From a virus, in the IMG/VR virus record IMGVR_UViG_3300030104_004631, positions 24,153 through 88,152 of that record: DNA of 64,000 nucleotides. One strand, 5' to 3'. Below, in pieces: positions 32,305-41,375 of this stretch. Each line of letters starts with the position of its first letter. The first letter of the stretch is position 1. Under the pieces are notes generated by a model that worked only from the letters and a program-made list of their open reading frames with translations, made no database searches and was not told the DNA's origin. A program made the translations under genes and the position numbers.

Positions 32305-32374
32305 CTTCTACTCAAATCAACAACTTGCTGTGATATTAGGCAGGGAGGTTTGGGAGAAGCATTTTAAAACTTAA

Positions 32375-32536
32375 ATGACAGACGGATCTATAGAGTCTGA
32401 TCTCAAGAAAGTCCAACAGAAGTTGAAAGATATTGAAAAGAAACAAGAGATAATGAATAAATTATATCAGTTGGATATTGAGAGAAAGAAGCAGATGGGA
32501 GAACGCCCATCTACACATCTCCATGAGATGACTTGA
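32375..32536 (+). CDS. Small hypothetical coiled-coil protein (53 aa, not in ORF track)
   Basis: MTDGSIESDLKKVQQKLKDIEKKQEIMNKLYQLDIERKKQMGERPSTHLHEMT; fills the gap after the late promoter. Confidence 0.6.
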   Translation: MTDGSIESDLKKVQQKLKDIEKKQEIMNKLYQLDIERKKQMGERPSTHLHEMT

Positions 32537-32575
32537 CAAGGTTGATATAATAGATATAGAAACAGACTGAGAGGT

Positions 32576-32893
32576 ATGACAGAAGAAGCGATTAAAAAAC
32601 TCTGCTATACCAAAGCAGAAATAGATGCAATGATTGCTGAAGCCGTTGAAGAGGCACGGAGAATTGATGAAGCATCTATGGCAAAGCATAACCGAGAAGC
32701 AACTATCATTAGTATGATACTTGGTTTTACTGCACTTGCATTGTTTGTTGATGGTCTTCTTAGGATACTAGGAATCATTCCACCGTTCATGCACCTTGAT
32801 GTCAACATCATTGATAAGATTACAGACAGAGTTGAGACTGATGTTATAGATAAGATTAGACAAGTTCCAATCAAGAAATTACTTAATCGATGA
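32576..32893 (+). CDS. Hypothetical membrane protein
   Basis: GAGG RBS; hydrophobic stretch IISMILGFTALALFVDGLLRILGII. Confidence 0.7.
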   Translation: MTEEAIKKLCYTKAEIDAMIAEAVEEARRIDEASMAKHNREATIISMILGFTALALFVDGLLRILGIIPPFMHLDVNIIDKITDRVETDVIDKIRQVPIKKLLNR

Positions 32894-33096
32894 AAAAACT
32901 ATTGCTCCTTACACCCCTTCTCTTAATGGGGTGTGGACTAGGAATGAATAATGGAGGTGGAGGCAGTGGATATGGTCTAGATGCATACTCCTTCATGAAT
33001 ACAGGTAGTGCAGACTCATACACTTGCGAAGAAGCAGGTGAAAATGCAGCAGCATACTATGCTACTGGTGAACATCCTAACTTAGCAGATTGTTAA
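32890..33096 (+). CDS. Putative small lipoprotein
   Basis: MKKLLLLTPLLLMGC signal peptide with lipobox Cys; overlaps both neighbours. Confidence 0.6.
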   Translation: MKKLLLLTPLLLMGCGLGMNNGGGGSGYGLDAYSFMNTGSADSYTCEEAGENAAAYYATGEHPNLADC

Positions 33097-33995
33097 TGAA
33101 ATATAATGTAGATATTGATGCAGGTAATGCTTTCGTTGAAAGATTAAAAACAAAAGCCCCTTACATTGGTGGATTTAATGGTATGATAAAGGTTCCTGTA
33201 GGATATGAGGAACCTCTTTTAGTATCTGGTGCTGATGGTGTTGGCACTAAAATTAATATTTGTAAGATATCAAGAGACTGGAAAACTATAGGTATTGACC
33301 TTGTTGCCATGTGTGTCAACGATGTTATTACATGTGGTGCTAGACCATTATACTTTCTAGATTATATTTCTACTGGTAAGTTAACTCCTATTGTGGATGA
33401 TATAATAGAAGGTATTCTTAAGGGATGTAATATAGCAGCTATAGATCTTTTAGGTGGAGAGACTGCTGAACATCCTAGACATGCACCTCCAAAAGCATAT
33501 GGTGATGATATCGATCTTGCTGGTTTTTGTACTGGTATTATTGATAAGGGTGAAGTTATAGATGGTAAACTTATTAAAAAAGGAGATAAAATTATTGGTT
33601 TACCTAGTAGTGGTATTCATAGTAATGGATATAGTTTAATTAATGAAATGTTATGGAGACATAAGATATCATGGGCAGATACTCCTGAGTTACTTACTCC
33701 CACTACAATCTATGCAAGACAAGTAGAAATATTATTACAAGAGTATCCTATAGTAGGTATGGCACATATCACTGGTGGTGGACTAGAAGAAAATGTATCT
33801 AGGGTTATTCCTAAAGGATTAAAAGCACATATAGATTGGACTTCTTGGGAAAGACCAGAGATCTTTAATAAGATAAAACAAGCAGGTGAAATAGAAGAGG
33901 AAGAAATGAGAAGAGTATTCAATTGTGGTATTGGTTATGCTATAATAGTTCCACCTGATATTGATTATGGTCTTCAAATAGGAGAGATAGTGTGA
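33096..33995 (+). CDS. purM: Phosphoribosylaminoimidazole (AIR) synthetase
   Basis: VDIDAGN; DGVGTK; IGIDLVAMCVND; GA.PLYFLDY; GGETAE; SSGIHSNGYSL; AHITGGGL.EN; FNCGIG. Start at ATG 33096. Confidence 0.95.
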   Translation: MKYNVDIDAGNAFVERLKTKAPYIGGFNGMIKVPVGYEEPLLVSGADGVGTKINICKISRDWKTIGIDLVAMCVNDVITCGARPLYFLDYISTGKLTPIVDDIIEGILKGCNIAAIDLLGGETAEHPRHAPPKAYGDDIDLAGFCTGIIDKGEVIDGKLIKKGDKIIGLPSSGIHSNGYSLINEMLWRHKISWADTPELLTPTTIYARQVEILLQEYPIVGMAHITGGGLEENVSRVIPKGLKAHIDWTSWERPEIFNKIKQAGEIEEEEMRRVFNCGIGYAIIVPPDIDYGLQIGEIV

Positions 33996-34026
33996 ACAAA
34001 TATATAAAGTATGGAAAGTATTTAAA

Positions 34027-35157
34027 ATGAAAAAACTAGCAATTGTTGGAGCTGGTAATGCTGGATGTATATCAGCATTACATTTTAAACAACATGAACC
34101 AGATTTAGAAATTGATTTATATCATGACTCTGATCATCATCCTATTGAAAGAGTAGGACAAGGGACGACTATCCCTGTAGCAAAATTATTATCTCAGTCT
34201 TTAGACTGTACTTGGTATGATAATCCTATTGAAGCCACGTTGAAGGCAGGAATTTTATATAGGAATTGGGGAAAAATACATGATTGCCCTACCGAGCGTA
34301 GGCATGATGCATTCTTTCATGATTTCTACACTATGGATCAAGTAAGTATGCATTACACACCAAAAAAATTAAGTGATGCTGTTTTATCTAGTAAGAAATT
34401 TAATGTTATAGAAAAAGAAATAAACGATCCCGAAGCAGAAATTGATTCTGATTTTATTATTGATTGTAGAGGTAAAAAATCTAGGGACAAAGAGAATCAA
34501 ACCTATTTGTATAATCCCATCGATTCTGTTTTACTTGGAAGTGTTACAGATGATTGTAATGTTAATATTCTTAACTACACTGATAAGATCCAAATGCAAT
34601 TTACTGAGGCATGTGCAACGCCTAACGGTTGGACTTTTATCGTTCCCACTCAGAATAAAATAAGCCTTGGTTATCTTTATAATTCAACTATAACTACTAA
34701 AGAAGAAGCAACAAGAGACTTTAAAGATCGTTTTGGTGTAGAAGAAGTAGAACATGCAATGAAGTTTGATAACTACTGTTCTCTTAAACCATTTGTCGGT
34801 GAACGTACATTATTGAATGGTAATCAATGTGCATTTATTGAACCTTTAGAAGCTACTGCAACAGGGTTATATCTTTGGATTGCAAGGGTTGGTTATGATC
34901 GCTTTATTAATAAGAGACCTACTGATGAGTGTATAGAACTTATTCATAGAGAAGTTGATTCAATTGCCAATTTTGTTCTCTGGCATTATAAAACAGGTTC
35001 ACCATTTGATAGTCGATTCTGGGATTACTGTACTACTATTCCTTTTACACCAATTCAAGAACCTATTGGTGATGAAAGGTATGGGCAATGGGGTAGAAAA
35101 TCTTTTGATAATTGGAGATATAACACTGGTGGAGAGATAATAGAAAATGCATCCTAA
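34027..35157 (+). CDS. Flavin-dependent tryptophan halogenase-like protein (PrnA family)
   Basis: GAGNAG Rossmann motif; VGQGT; ATLKAGI (catalytic Lys position); FIIDC.G; GWTFIVP; FIEPLEAT. Confidence 0.8.
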   Translation: MKKLAIVGAGNAGCISALHFKQHEPDLEIDLYHDSDHHPIERVGQGTTIPVAKLLSQSLDCTWYDNPIEATLKAGILYRNWGKIHDCPTERRHDAFFHDFYTMDQVSMHYTPKKLSDAVLSSKKFNVIEKEINDPEAEIDSDFIIDCRGKKSRDKENQTYLYNPIDSVLLGSVTDDCNVNILNYTDKIQMQFTEACATPNGWTFIVPTQNKISLGYLYNSTITTKEEATRDFKDRFGVEEVEHAMKFDNYCSLKPFVGERTLLNGNQCAFIEPLEATATGLYLWIARVGYDRFINKRPTDECIELIHREVDSIANFVLWHYKTGSPFDSRFWDYCTTIPFTPIQEPIGDERYGQWGRKSFDNWRYNTGGEIIENAS

Positions 35158-35443
35158 AGGTTACACTCAGGAGATGATCAAGGAAATGCTAGGCACTGCT
35201 TGGTTGGATAAAGATAATATACCTGAGTCTGGTAATCAGATTAGAAGAAGAAAGGGTAATGAGATGAGAGCAGGGTTGAGACCTTATCCCAAGTACCCAT
35301 CAAAGGAGTCAAGGATAGCAGACACTTCAGGTAAGTTTGATGAGAATGGACAATATGTTTACCCTGAAGGTAGTGGATTTAATTGGATGGAAAAGATCGA
35401 TCCTAATTCTCCTTGGAATTGTACAGGTGGTAAAGTGTCGTAG
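35147..35443 (+). CDS. Hypothetical protein
   Basis: 98 aa ORF overlapping the halogenase stop. Confidence 0.6.
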   Translation: MHPKGYTQEMIKEMLGTAWLDKDNIPESGNQIRRRKGNEMRAGLRPYPKYPSKESRIADTSGKFDENGQYVYPEGSGFNWMEKIDPNSPWNCTGGKVS

Positions 35444-35489
35444 AATACACACACAATTGCGTAATAATACTTACGTGCTATAATAAATA
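35435..35489 (+). promoter_or_regulatory. Promoter with two NtcA-like boxes, extended -10 and late promoter
   Basis: GTG-N8-TAC 35435-35448; GTA-N8-TAC 35461-35474; TGcTATAAT 35476-35484; AATAAATA 35482-35489. Confidence 0.5.
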
Positions 35490-35512
35490 CTAATAGTTGG
35501 GATTGAAAAATC

Positions 35513-35716
35513 ATGCCCCTTTCACACTATACCATAGGGTATCACGATGCAGAACAGCATCATCACGAAATATGCGAGTACGCTACACACTCGTATGAAG
35601 CAATTAAAGACGCAATAGAGGATGTTCCGTTTCTACGGGAGCATCCTTCTTTTGTTGATAGATGTACTAATGAATCAGGATTAGACTGGTTACGTTCACA
35701 AGGATCAATGGTATGA
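35513..35716 (+). CDS. Small His-rich hypothetical protein
   Basis: MPLSHYTIGYHDAEQHHHEICEYA...; has its own promoter. Confidence 0.7.
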   Translation: MPLSHYTIGYHDAEQHHHEICEYATHSYEAIKDAIEDVPFLREHPSFVDRCTNESGLDWLRSQGSMV

Positions 35717-35826
35717 CTTCTATTACTAAAAATAAGCATGAGATCATGTGGTGGATGAGTAGACTCACCATCATGGGTGTCTCTTTATCACTGGCAATAA
35801 CACTCGCTTCAACTGCTTGGGTCTAA
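35713..35826 (+). CDS. Small membrane protein (37 aa, not in ORF track)
   Basis: MTSITKNKHEIMWWMSRLTIMGVSLSLAITLASTAWV; ATGA overlap. Confidence 0.55.
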   Translation: MTSITKNKHEIMWWMSRLTIMGVSLSLAITLASTAWV

Positions 35827-35827
35827 A

Positions 35828-36001
35828 ATGGTTGTTTGGGGTGTGATCTGGATGGTTGCAATCCTTCTCATAATAGTAAGTTGGTATATTTACTATATAC
35901 TTCGTATGTCTTATGCGGAGATGAATGATGGGCAGGATGACACCCCCAAGTCGGAAGAGTTGTTACAACTTCCGAGTGATAAAGATAGTCAAGGTGCTTG
36001 A
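35828..36001 (+). CDS. Small membrane protein (57 aa, not in ORF track)
   Basis: MVVWGVIWMVAILLIIVSWYIYYILRMSYAEM... single TM helix plus acidic tail; overlaps the nuclease start. Confidence 0.5.
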   Translation: MVVWGVIWMVAILLIIVSWYIYYILRMSYAEMNDGQDDTPKSEELLQLPSDKDSQGA

Positions 36002-36392
36002 TGGTGACACTATTGATGTTACTATCGATCTCGGTTTTGATCTATACAAGAAAGAAAGAGTTAGAATTGCAGGAGTTGATACGCCAGAGAAGAGAACAAG
36101 AGATCTTGAAGAGAAAGCATTGGGAATAGATGCTACTAACTGGTTGAAAGAAAAACTTACTGAGACTATTAAAGGTGATGAGGAACTCACTATTAGAACT
36201 GAACTTAAGGGTGGCGTTGGGAAGTATGGTAGGCTTCTTGGTTGGCTCTACGTTGGCGAATCTAATATTTCACTAAATGAACTTATGATTGAGGAAGGTT
36301 ATGCTTGGGAATATGATGGCGGCACTAAACAGAAGAATTTTGAGGAGCTACGTGAAATTAGGAGACACTTTGGGACTCTGGTCGAGTCTTGA
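35925..36392 (+). CDS. Staphylococcal nuclease (thermonuclease) family protein
   Basis: V.DGDTID; R.AGVDTPE; KYGRLLG; LNE.MI.EGYA. Confidence 0.9.
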   Translation: MMGRMTPPSRKSCYNFRVIKIVKVLDGDTIDVTIDLGFDLYKKERVRIAGVDTPEKRTRDLEEKALGIDATNWLKEKLTETIKGDEELTIRTELKGGVGKYGRLLGWLYVGESNISLNELMIEEGYAWEYDGGTKQKNFEELREIRRHFGTLVES

Positions 36393-36481
36393 TCAAGTAA
36401 CCCTAAATACAAAAGGAGTGACCACCAGACGTTTATATGCTGAGTGGACTATCCCAATTGAAGAATATGAAAATGAATAAA

Positions 36482-36745
36482 ATGCGAGAACAACTTATTA
36501 GAGCACTACTAGCACATGCACAAGGAGATATCCAAAAGCATGTAGCAAATGTAGAAGTCTACCTCACTAACCCTGCAGGTATTGGAGAACATTCTGATAT
36601 CACAGAAGCAATTGAAACTGAATTAAATATCATTGCTAAGTATCAGGATCAAGTAGATGTGATAAACAAATATTTCAAACAAAAGAATTCTCCTGCTACA
36701 CCAGATTACTCTCAATACAAATCTCAAGAATACAGACCAGAATAA
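36482..36745 (+). CDS. Conserved hypothetical phage protein
   Basis: H..NVEVYL.NPAGIGEH.D motif; start uncertain (36467-36482). Confidence 0.7.
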   Translation: MREQLIRALLAHAQGDIQKHVANVEVYLTNPAGIGEHSDITEAIETELNIIAKYQDQVDVINKYFKQKNSPATPDYSQYKSQEYRPE

Positions 36746-37411
36746 ATGAGGACGACAATTCATTATGTTAACGCTCAACATAAGAGATTTGATGATTCGT
36801 TAGTGCGACAAAGTGATTTAGATGATGATCGTTTTGTCTATAGTCAATGTCCAGTTTATAATCATAAATCTAATAGAGTTTTTATAGGAACTTCTCCTAT
36901 TGATTTTGAACTTGAAATAGATAGAACTCAGAATATTATTAGATGTTCTGATGATACTTTGATAGAGGGTGATGATGAACACTTCAACTCACCACGACCA
37001 GTTGTTCAATTAACGTTTCCAAGATTTTTATTTTGGACACACGATGATGATGTTTGGTTGGAATTTAATGATCATCCAATGACATCATTAAGGAATAATT
37101 TTATTGCTCTAGGTGGGTGGTTTAATTTATCTAATTGGTCAAGAAATTCGAGTCTGGCTATTACTCTTGTTGATGAGAGAAAACCTGTTATAATAAAGAA
37201 AGGGGATCCTCTTTTTAGAGTGTCGTTTTATCCTTCTGATTTAAATAAGCAAATTAATTTATCACAAGAAAAAGATCCAACTAAAATAGATTATGCTTGG
37301 GATGAATATATAAAGAAACAACATATAGGTCAACAAGATAAAACTTGGAAACCTAAATTATTTTCAGAAACTGGTGAAAGTAAATGTCCTTTTAGTTTTT
37401 TATTTAAATGA
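36746..37411 (+). CDS. Hypothetical protein (C-terminal KCPF)
   Basis: 221 aa ORF abutting both neighbours. Confidence 0.65.
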   Translation: MRTTIHYVNAQHKRFDDSLVRQSDLDDDRFVYSQCPVYNHKSNRVFIGTSPIDFELEIDRTQNIIRCSDDTLIEGDDEHFNSPRPVVQLTFPRFLFWTHDDDVWLEFNDHPMTSLRNNFIALGGWFNLSNWSRNSSLAITLVDERKPVIIKKGDPLFRVSFYPSDLNKQINLSQEKDPTKIDYAWDEYIKKQHIGQQDKTWKPKLFSETGESKCPFSFLFK

Positions 37412-39060
37412 GCACAAATCAGGAACAGTATCTTGGTAATCCTAATTTAAAGAAAGCGAACGTTGCCACAAATTTTACTCCTGATGAAGTTCAAGAGTAT
37501 ATTAAATGTTCTGAGGATCCAGTATATTTTATTCAAACTTATATCAAGATTGTTTCTCTTGATAGGGGTTTGATTCCATTTGCCATGTATGATTTTCAAT
37601 CAGAAATGGTTGAGAAATTTCATGACAATAGATTCAACATAGCAAAGTTGCCTCGTCAGACTGGTAAATCGACTATCGTTACTTCATATCTGCTTTGGTA
37701 TGTTCTTTTTAAAGCGAATGTCAATGTCGCAATTCTAGCAAACAAAGCAGCAACTTCTCGTGAGATGCTGCAACGACTACAATTATCTTATGAAAACCTC
37801 CCAAAGTGGCTCCAGCAAGGAATCCTCCAATGGAACCGAGGCAGTCTGGAATTGGAGAATGGAAGTAAAATCATGGCTGCTTCTACTTCGTCTAGTGCTG
37901 TGCGGGGTATGTCGTTTAATGTTATATTTCTGGACGAATTCGCTTTCGTTCCGAATCATATCGCTGATCAGTTCTTTAGTTCTGTATATCCTACTATCTC
38001 ATCTGGTAAATCTACCAAGGTTATCATCATTAGTACACCTCATGGGATGAACATGTTCTACAAACTCTGGCATGATGCGGAGAGAGGTAAGAACGAATAC
38101 ATCCCAACTGAGGTTCATTGGTCTGCTGTTCCTGGTAGAGATGCAGCATGGAAAGATCAAACTATTGCTAACACGTCAGAGCAACAGTTTAAAGTTGAGT
38201 TTGAGTGTGAGTTTCTAGGATCTGTTGACACATTGATCAGTCCTAGTAAGTTGAGGACTATGCCTTATGAAGATCCTATCATACAAAATAGAGGTCTTGC
38301 GGTATATAAACAAGTAGAAGAAGATCATAATTATATTGTAACTGTTGACGTTGCTCGTGGTGTAAGTCAAGATTACTCAGCGTTCTGTGTTATTGATACT
38401 ACAACAGTACCATATGAACTCGTTGCTAAGTATAGAAATAATGATATCAAACCTATTATCTTCCCTAATGTTATTGTAGATGTAGCGAAAAACTATAATA
38501 ATGCTTACGTATTATGTGAGGTAAATGATATTGGTGGTCAGGTTGCAGATATTATTCAATTTGATCTTGAGTATGAAAATTTACTACAAGTTGCTATGAG
38601 AGGAAGGGCAGGACAGCAATTAGGACAGGGATTCTCAGGTAAGAAAACTCAACTTGGTGTAAAGATGAGTACTGCTGTCAAAGCAGTTGGTTGTTCTAAT
38701 CTTAAAGCATTATTAGAAGAAGATAAATTAATAATCAAAGATTATGATACGATTGCAGAACTAACTACATTTATTGTAAAGGGACAATCCTTTGCCGCAG
38801 AAGACGGATGTAATGATGACCTAGCAATGTGTCTAGTTATTTTTTCGTGGATGGCAATGCAAGAATTTTTTAAAGAGTTGCATGACAATGATGTAAGGCA
38901 ACGTATTTACGATGATCAAAGAGAAAATATTGAACAAGACATGGCTCCCTTTGGTTTTATATCAGATGGATTAGAGGATGATCATATCATCGATGCTCAA
39001 GGAGAAAGATGGGAGATTGCGGAATACGGGGATAAGTCCTACATGTGGGAGTTTAGGTAA
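37408..39060 (+). CDS. gp17: Terminase large subunit gp17
   Basis: YLGNPNLK; PRQTGKST Walker A; IFLDEFAF Walker B; STP.G.N.FY; DVARG...DYS; DDL.M. Confidence 0.97.
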   Translation: MSTNQEQYLGNPNLKKANVATNFTPDEVQEYIKCSEDPVYFIQTYIKIVSLDRGLIPFAMYDFQSEMVEKFHDNRFNIAKLPRQTGKSTIVTSYLLWYVLFKANVNVAILANKAATSREMLQRLQLSYENLPKWLQQGILQWNRGSLELENGSKIMAASTSSSAVRGMSFNVIFLDEFAFVPNHIADQFFSSVYPTISSGKSTKVIIISTPHGMNMFYKLWHDAERGKNEYIPTEVHWSAVPGRDAAWKDQTIANTSEQQFKVEFECEFLGSVDTLISPSKLRTMPYEDPIIQNRGLAVYKQVEEDHNYIVTVDVARGVSQDYSAFCVIDTTTVPYELVAKYRNNDIKPIIFPNVIVDVAKNYNNAYVLCEVNDIGGQVADIIQFDLEYENLLQVAMRGRAGQQLGQGFSGKKTQLGVKMSTAVKAVGCSNLKALLEEDKLIIKDYDTIAELTTFIVKGQSFAAEDGCNDDLAMCLVIFSWMAMQEFFKELHDNDVRQRIYDDQRENIEQDMAPFGFISDGLEDDHIIDAQGERWEIAEYGDKSYMWEFR

Positions 39061-39071
39061 CGTTTCAAAAA

Positions 39072-39079
39072 TATAAATA
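39072..39079 (+). promoter_or_regulatory. Late promoter TATAAATA
   Basis: Exact match upstream of gp18; AGGAG RBS follows. Confidence 0.75.
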
Positions 39080-39125
39080 ATCTTAGACAACCGATGTTGA
39101 CATCATTTCCTAGGAGTATATAAAC

Positions 39126-41375
39126 ATGGCAGCAAATCAATCATCGCCAGGTGTAGTGATACAGGAGAGAGACCTGACTACTATTACCACGCTCTCTACC
39201 GCAAACATTGGCGTAATTGCGGCACCATTTGAGCAAGGTCCAGTTGAAGAAATAGTAAATATTTCTAATGAGAGAAATCTTACAGACGTATTTGGGAAAC
39301 CAAATGACAATAACTATGAGTACTGGTATACTGCTGCTCAGTTTCTTTCATATGGTGGTGTCCTTAAGACAGTTCGTGTAACTTCAACTTCATTGAAGAA
39401 TGGTGTTGACACTGGAACTGCACCTCTAATCAAGAATTTTCAAGACTACGAAACAAACTACGAGACTGCAAACAATAACTGGACTTGGGCATCAAAAACT
39501 CCTGGTACTAAAGGTAATTCAATCGGTATATTTGTAACAGACGCTGGTGCTGATCAGATCGCTGTTCTCCCTGCTCCTGGTTCAGGTAACGAACATGAAT
39601 TTGTTGCTGATGCTGCATTAACTGCTGCTTCTGGTGCTGCTGGTAAAGTCTTCAAGTATAGCATCGTTCTTACTGTAGACACTGTTGTTGGTGATTTTAC
39701 TCCTGGTACTGCTACTACAATTAGTATTGGTGGTTCTGATGAGTCAGTAAATGTTCTCGCATGGGATCCTGCTAATAAGAAATTAGAAATTGGTCTTCCT
39801 TCTGGTGGTGTTACTGGTATTCTTTCAGATAACCAAGTAATTACTCAGGGAACAAATACCGCTGCTATCGATACTACCATTGAGCGTCGTTTGTATATTG
39901 GTCTTAATAAGGACAGTATTAATTTTGCTGCTGCTGATGTTGTTGCTGACACAAACTCTACTAACGTAACTGTTACTTCAGTTCGTGGTGAGTATGATGA
40001 GCGTGAGTATCTACCTGGTGTAAAGTGGGTAAGCGTTGCTCCTCGTCCTGGCACTTCTAAGTTTGCGACAGAGGTAGGTGGATTCCGTGATGAACTCCAT
40101 ATCGTTGTTGTTGACATTGATGGTAAAATCACTGGTACGACTGGTGCTTTACTTGAGCGTTTTATAGGTGTTTCTAAAGCATCTGATGCTAAAACTTCTG
40201 TTGGCGAAACAAACTACTATGTTAATGTTCTGAAGGCACGCTCCGAGTATATCTACTGGGGTGAGCATGAGTTAGGAGTATTCAACGCAGGTGCATCTGG
40301 TTCTACTGGTACTTGGGGTGTTTCTGCTTCTGCTAGACAGTTTAACCTTCTACGTTCTGCTGCTGGATCTACTGATTATCCTGCTGGACGTACAACTCTT
40401 GGTTCTAAGAACAACGCAACATTCTACTACAGACTTGCTGACGGTGCTGACTATGCTTCTTCTGGTGGTGTATATTCTGTAAGCAATACTGATGTAACCA
40501 CTGCATACGAACTACTTGAAGATCCTGAGTCACAGACAGTTGATTATATCTTGACTGGTCCTTCTGGTGCTACAGATGCTGAGGCACTTGCTAAAGTTAC
40601 TGCTTTAACAAATATTGTTGAAGAGCGTAGAGATTGCATGTTGTTTGTATCTCCTCGTCGTGGTAACATTATTGGTATAAGTAACGCAAATACAATCACT
40701 AATAACATTATTAATTTCTTTGATACGTTACCTTCTAGTTCTTACGTTTCATTTGATTCTGGTTACAAGTATATTTACGATAAGTATAATGATGTTTATC
40801 GTTACGTTCCTTGTAATGGTGACGTTGCTGGACTTTGCTTACAGACTACGGAAATTTCAGAACCTTGGTTCTCACCTGCTGGTTTCCAACGTGGTATCTT
40901 GAGAAATGCAATCAAACTTGCATATACTCCTAACAAGTCGCAACGTGATCGCTTGTATGCTGCTCGTGTTAATCCTATTGTTTCCTTCCCTGGTCAAGGT
41001 GTGGTTCTATATGGTGATAAGACTGCACAAGGATTTGCATCCGCATTTGATAGAATCAACGTTCGTCGTTTGTTCCTAACAATCGAAAGAGTAATCTCTG
41101 GTGCTGCTAAATCACAACTCTTTGAGCAAAATGATGCTGCACAACGTTCATTGTTCCTCAATATTGTTGAACCTTATCTTCGTGAAGTTCAAGGTCGTCG
41201 TGGTGTAACTGACTTCTTAGTTAAGTGTGACGATGACAACAACCCTTCTGAGGCAGTTGATCGTGGAGAGTTCTACGCAGAAATCTTCGTGAAACCAACA
41301 CGTACAATTAACTACATTACTCTTACATTTACAGCAACCAGAAGTGGTGTTGCATTTACTGAAGTAGCTAGTTAA
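39126..41375 (+). CDS. gp18: Tail sheath protein gp18
   Basis: SPGV.IQE.DLT; PWFSPAG.QRG; GDKT....SAFDRINVRRLF. Confidence 0.97.
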   Translation: MAANQSSPGVVIQERDLTTITTLSTANIGVIAAPFEQGPVEEIVNISNERNLTDVFGKPNDNNYEYWYTAAQFLSYGGVLKTVRVTSTSLKNGVDTGTAPLIKNFQDYETNYETANNNWTWASKTPGTKGNSIGIFVTDAGADQIAVLPAPGSGNEHEFVADAALTAASGAAGKVFKYSIVLTVDTVVGDFTPGTATTISIGGSDESVNVLAWDPANKKLEIGLPSGGVTGILSDNQVITQGTNTAAIDTTIERRLYIGLNKDSINFAAADVVADTNSTNVTVTSVRGEYDEREYLPGVKWVSVAPRPGTSKFATEVGGFRDELHIVVVDIDGKITGTTGALLERFIGVSKASDAKTSVGETNYYVNVLKARSEYIYWGEHELGVFNAGASGSTGTWGVSASARQFNLLRSAAGSTDYPAGRTTLGSKNNATFYYRLADGADYASSGGVYSVSNTDVTTAYELLEDPESQTVDYILTGPSGATDAEALAKVTALTNIVEERRDCMLFVSPRRGNIIGISNANTITNNIINFFDTLPSSSYVSFDSGYKYIYDKYNDVYRYVPCNGDVAGLCLQTTEISEPWFSPAGFQRGILRNAIKLAYTPNKSQRDRLYAARVNPIVSFPGQGVVLYGDKTAQGFASAFDRINVRRLFLTIERVISGAAKSQLFEQNDAAQRSLFLNIVEPYLREVQGRRGVTDFLVKCDDDNNPSEAVDRGEFYAEIFVKPTRTINYITLTFTATRSGVAFTEVAS

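Noticed and set aside
32533-32560. Sigma70 promoter at TTGACA 32533
   Set aside because: TATAAT is only 7 nt away, and the correctly spaced hexamer (TATAGA) is poor.
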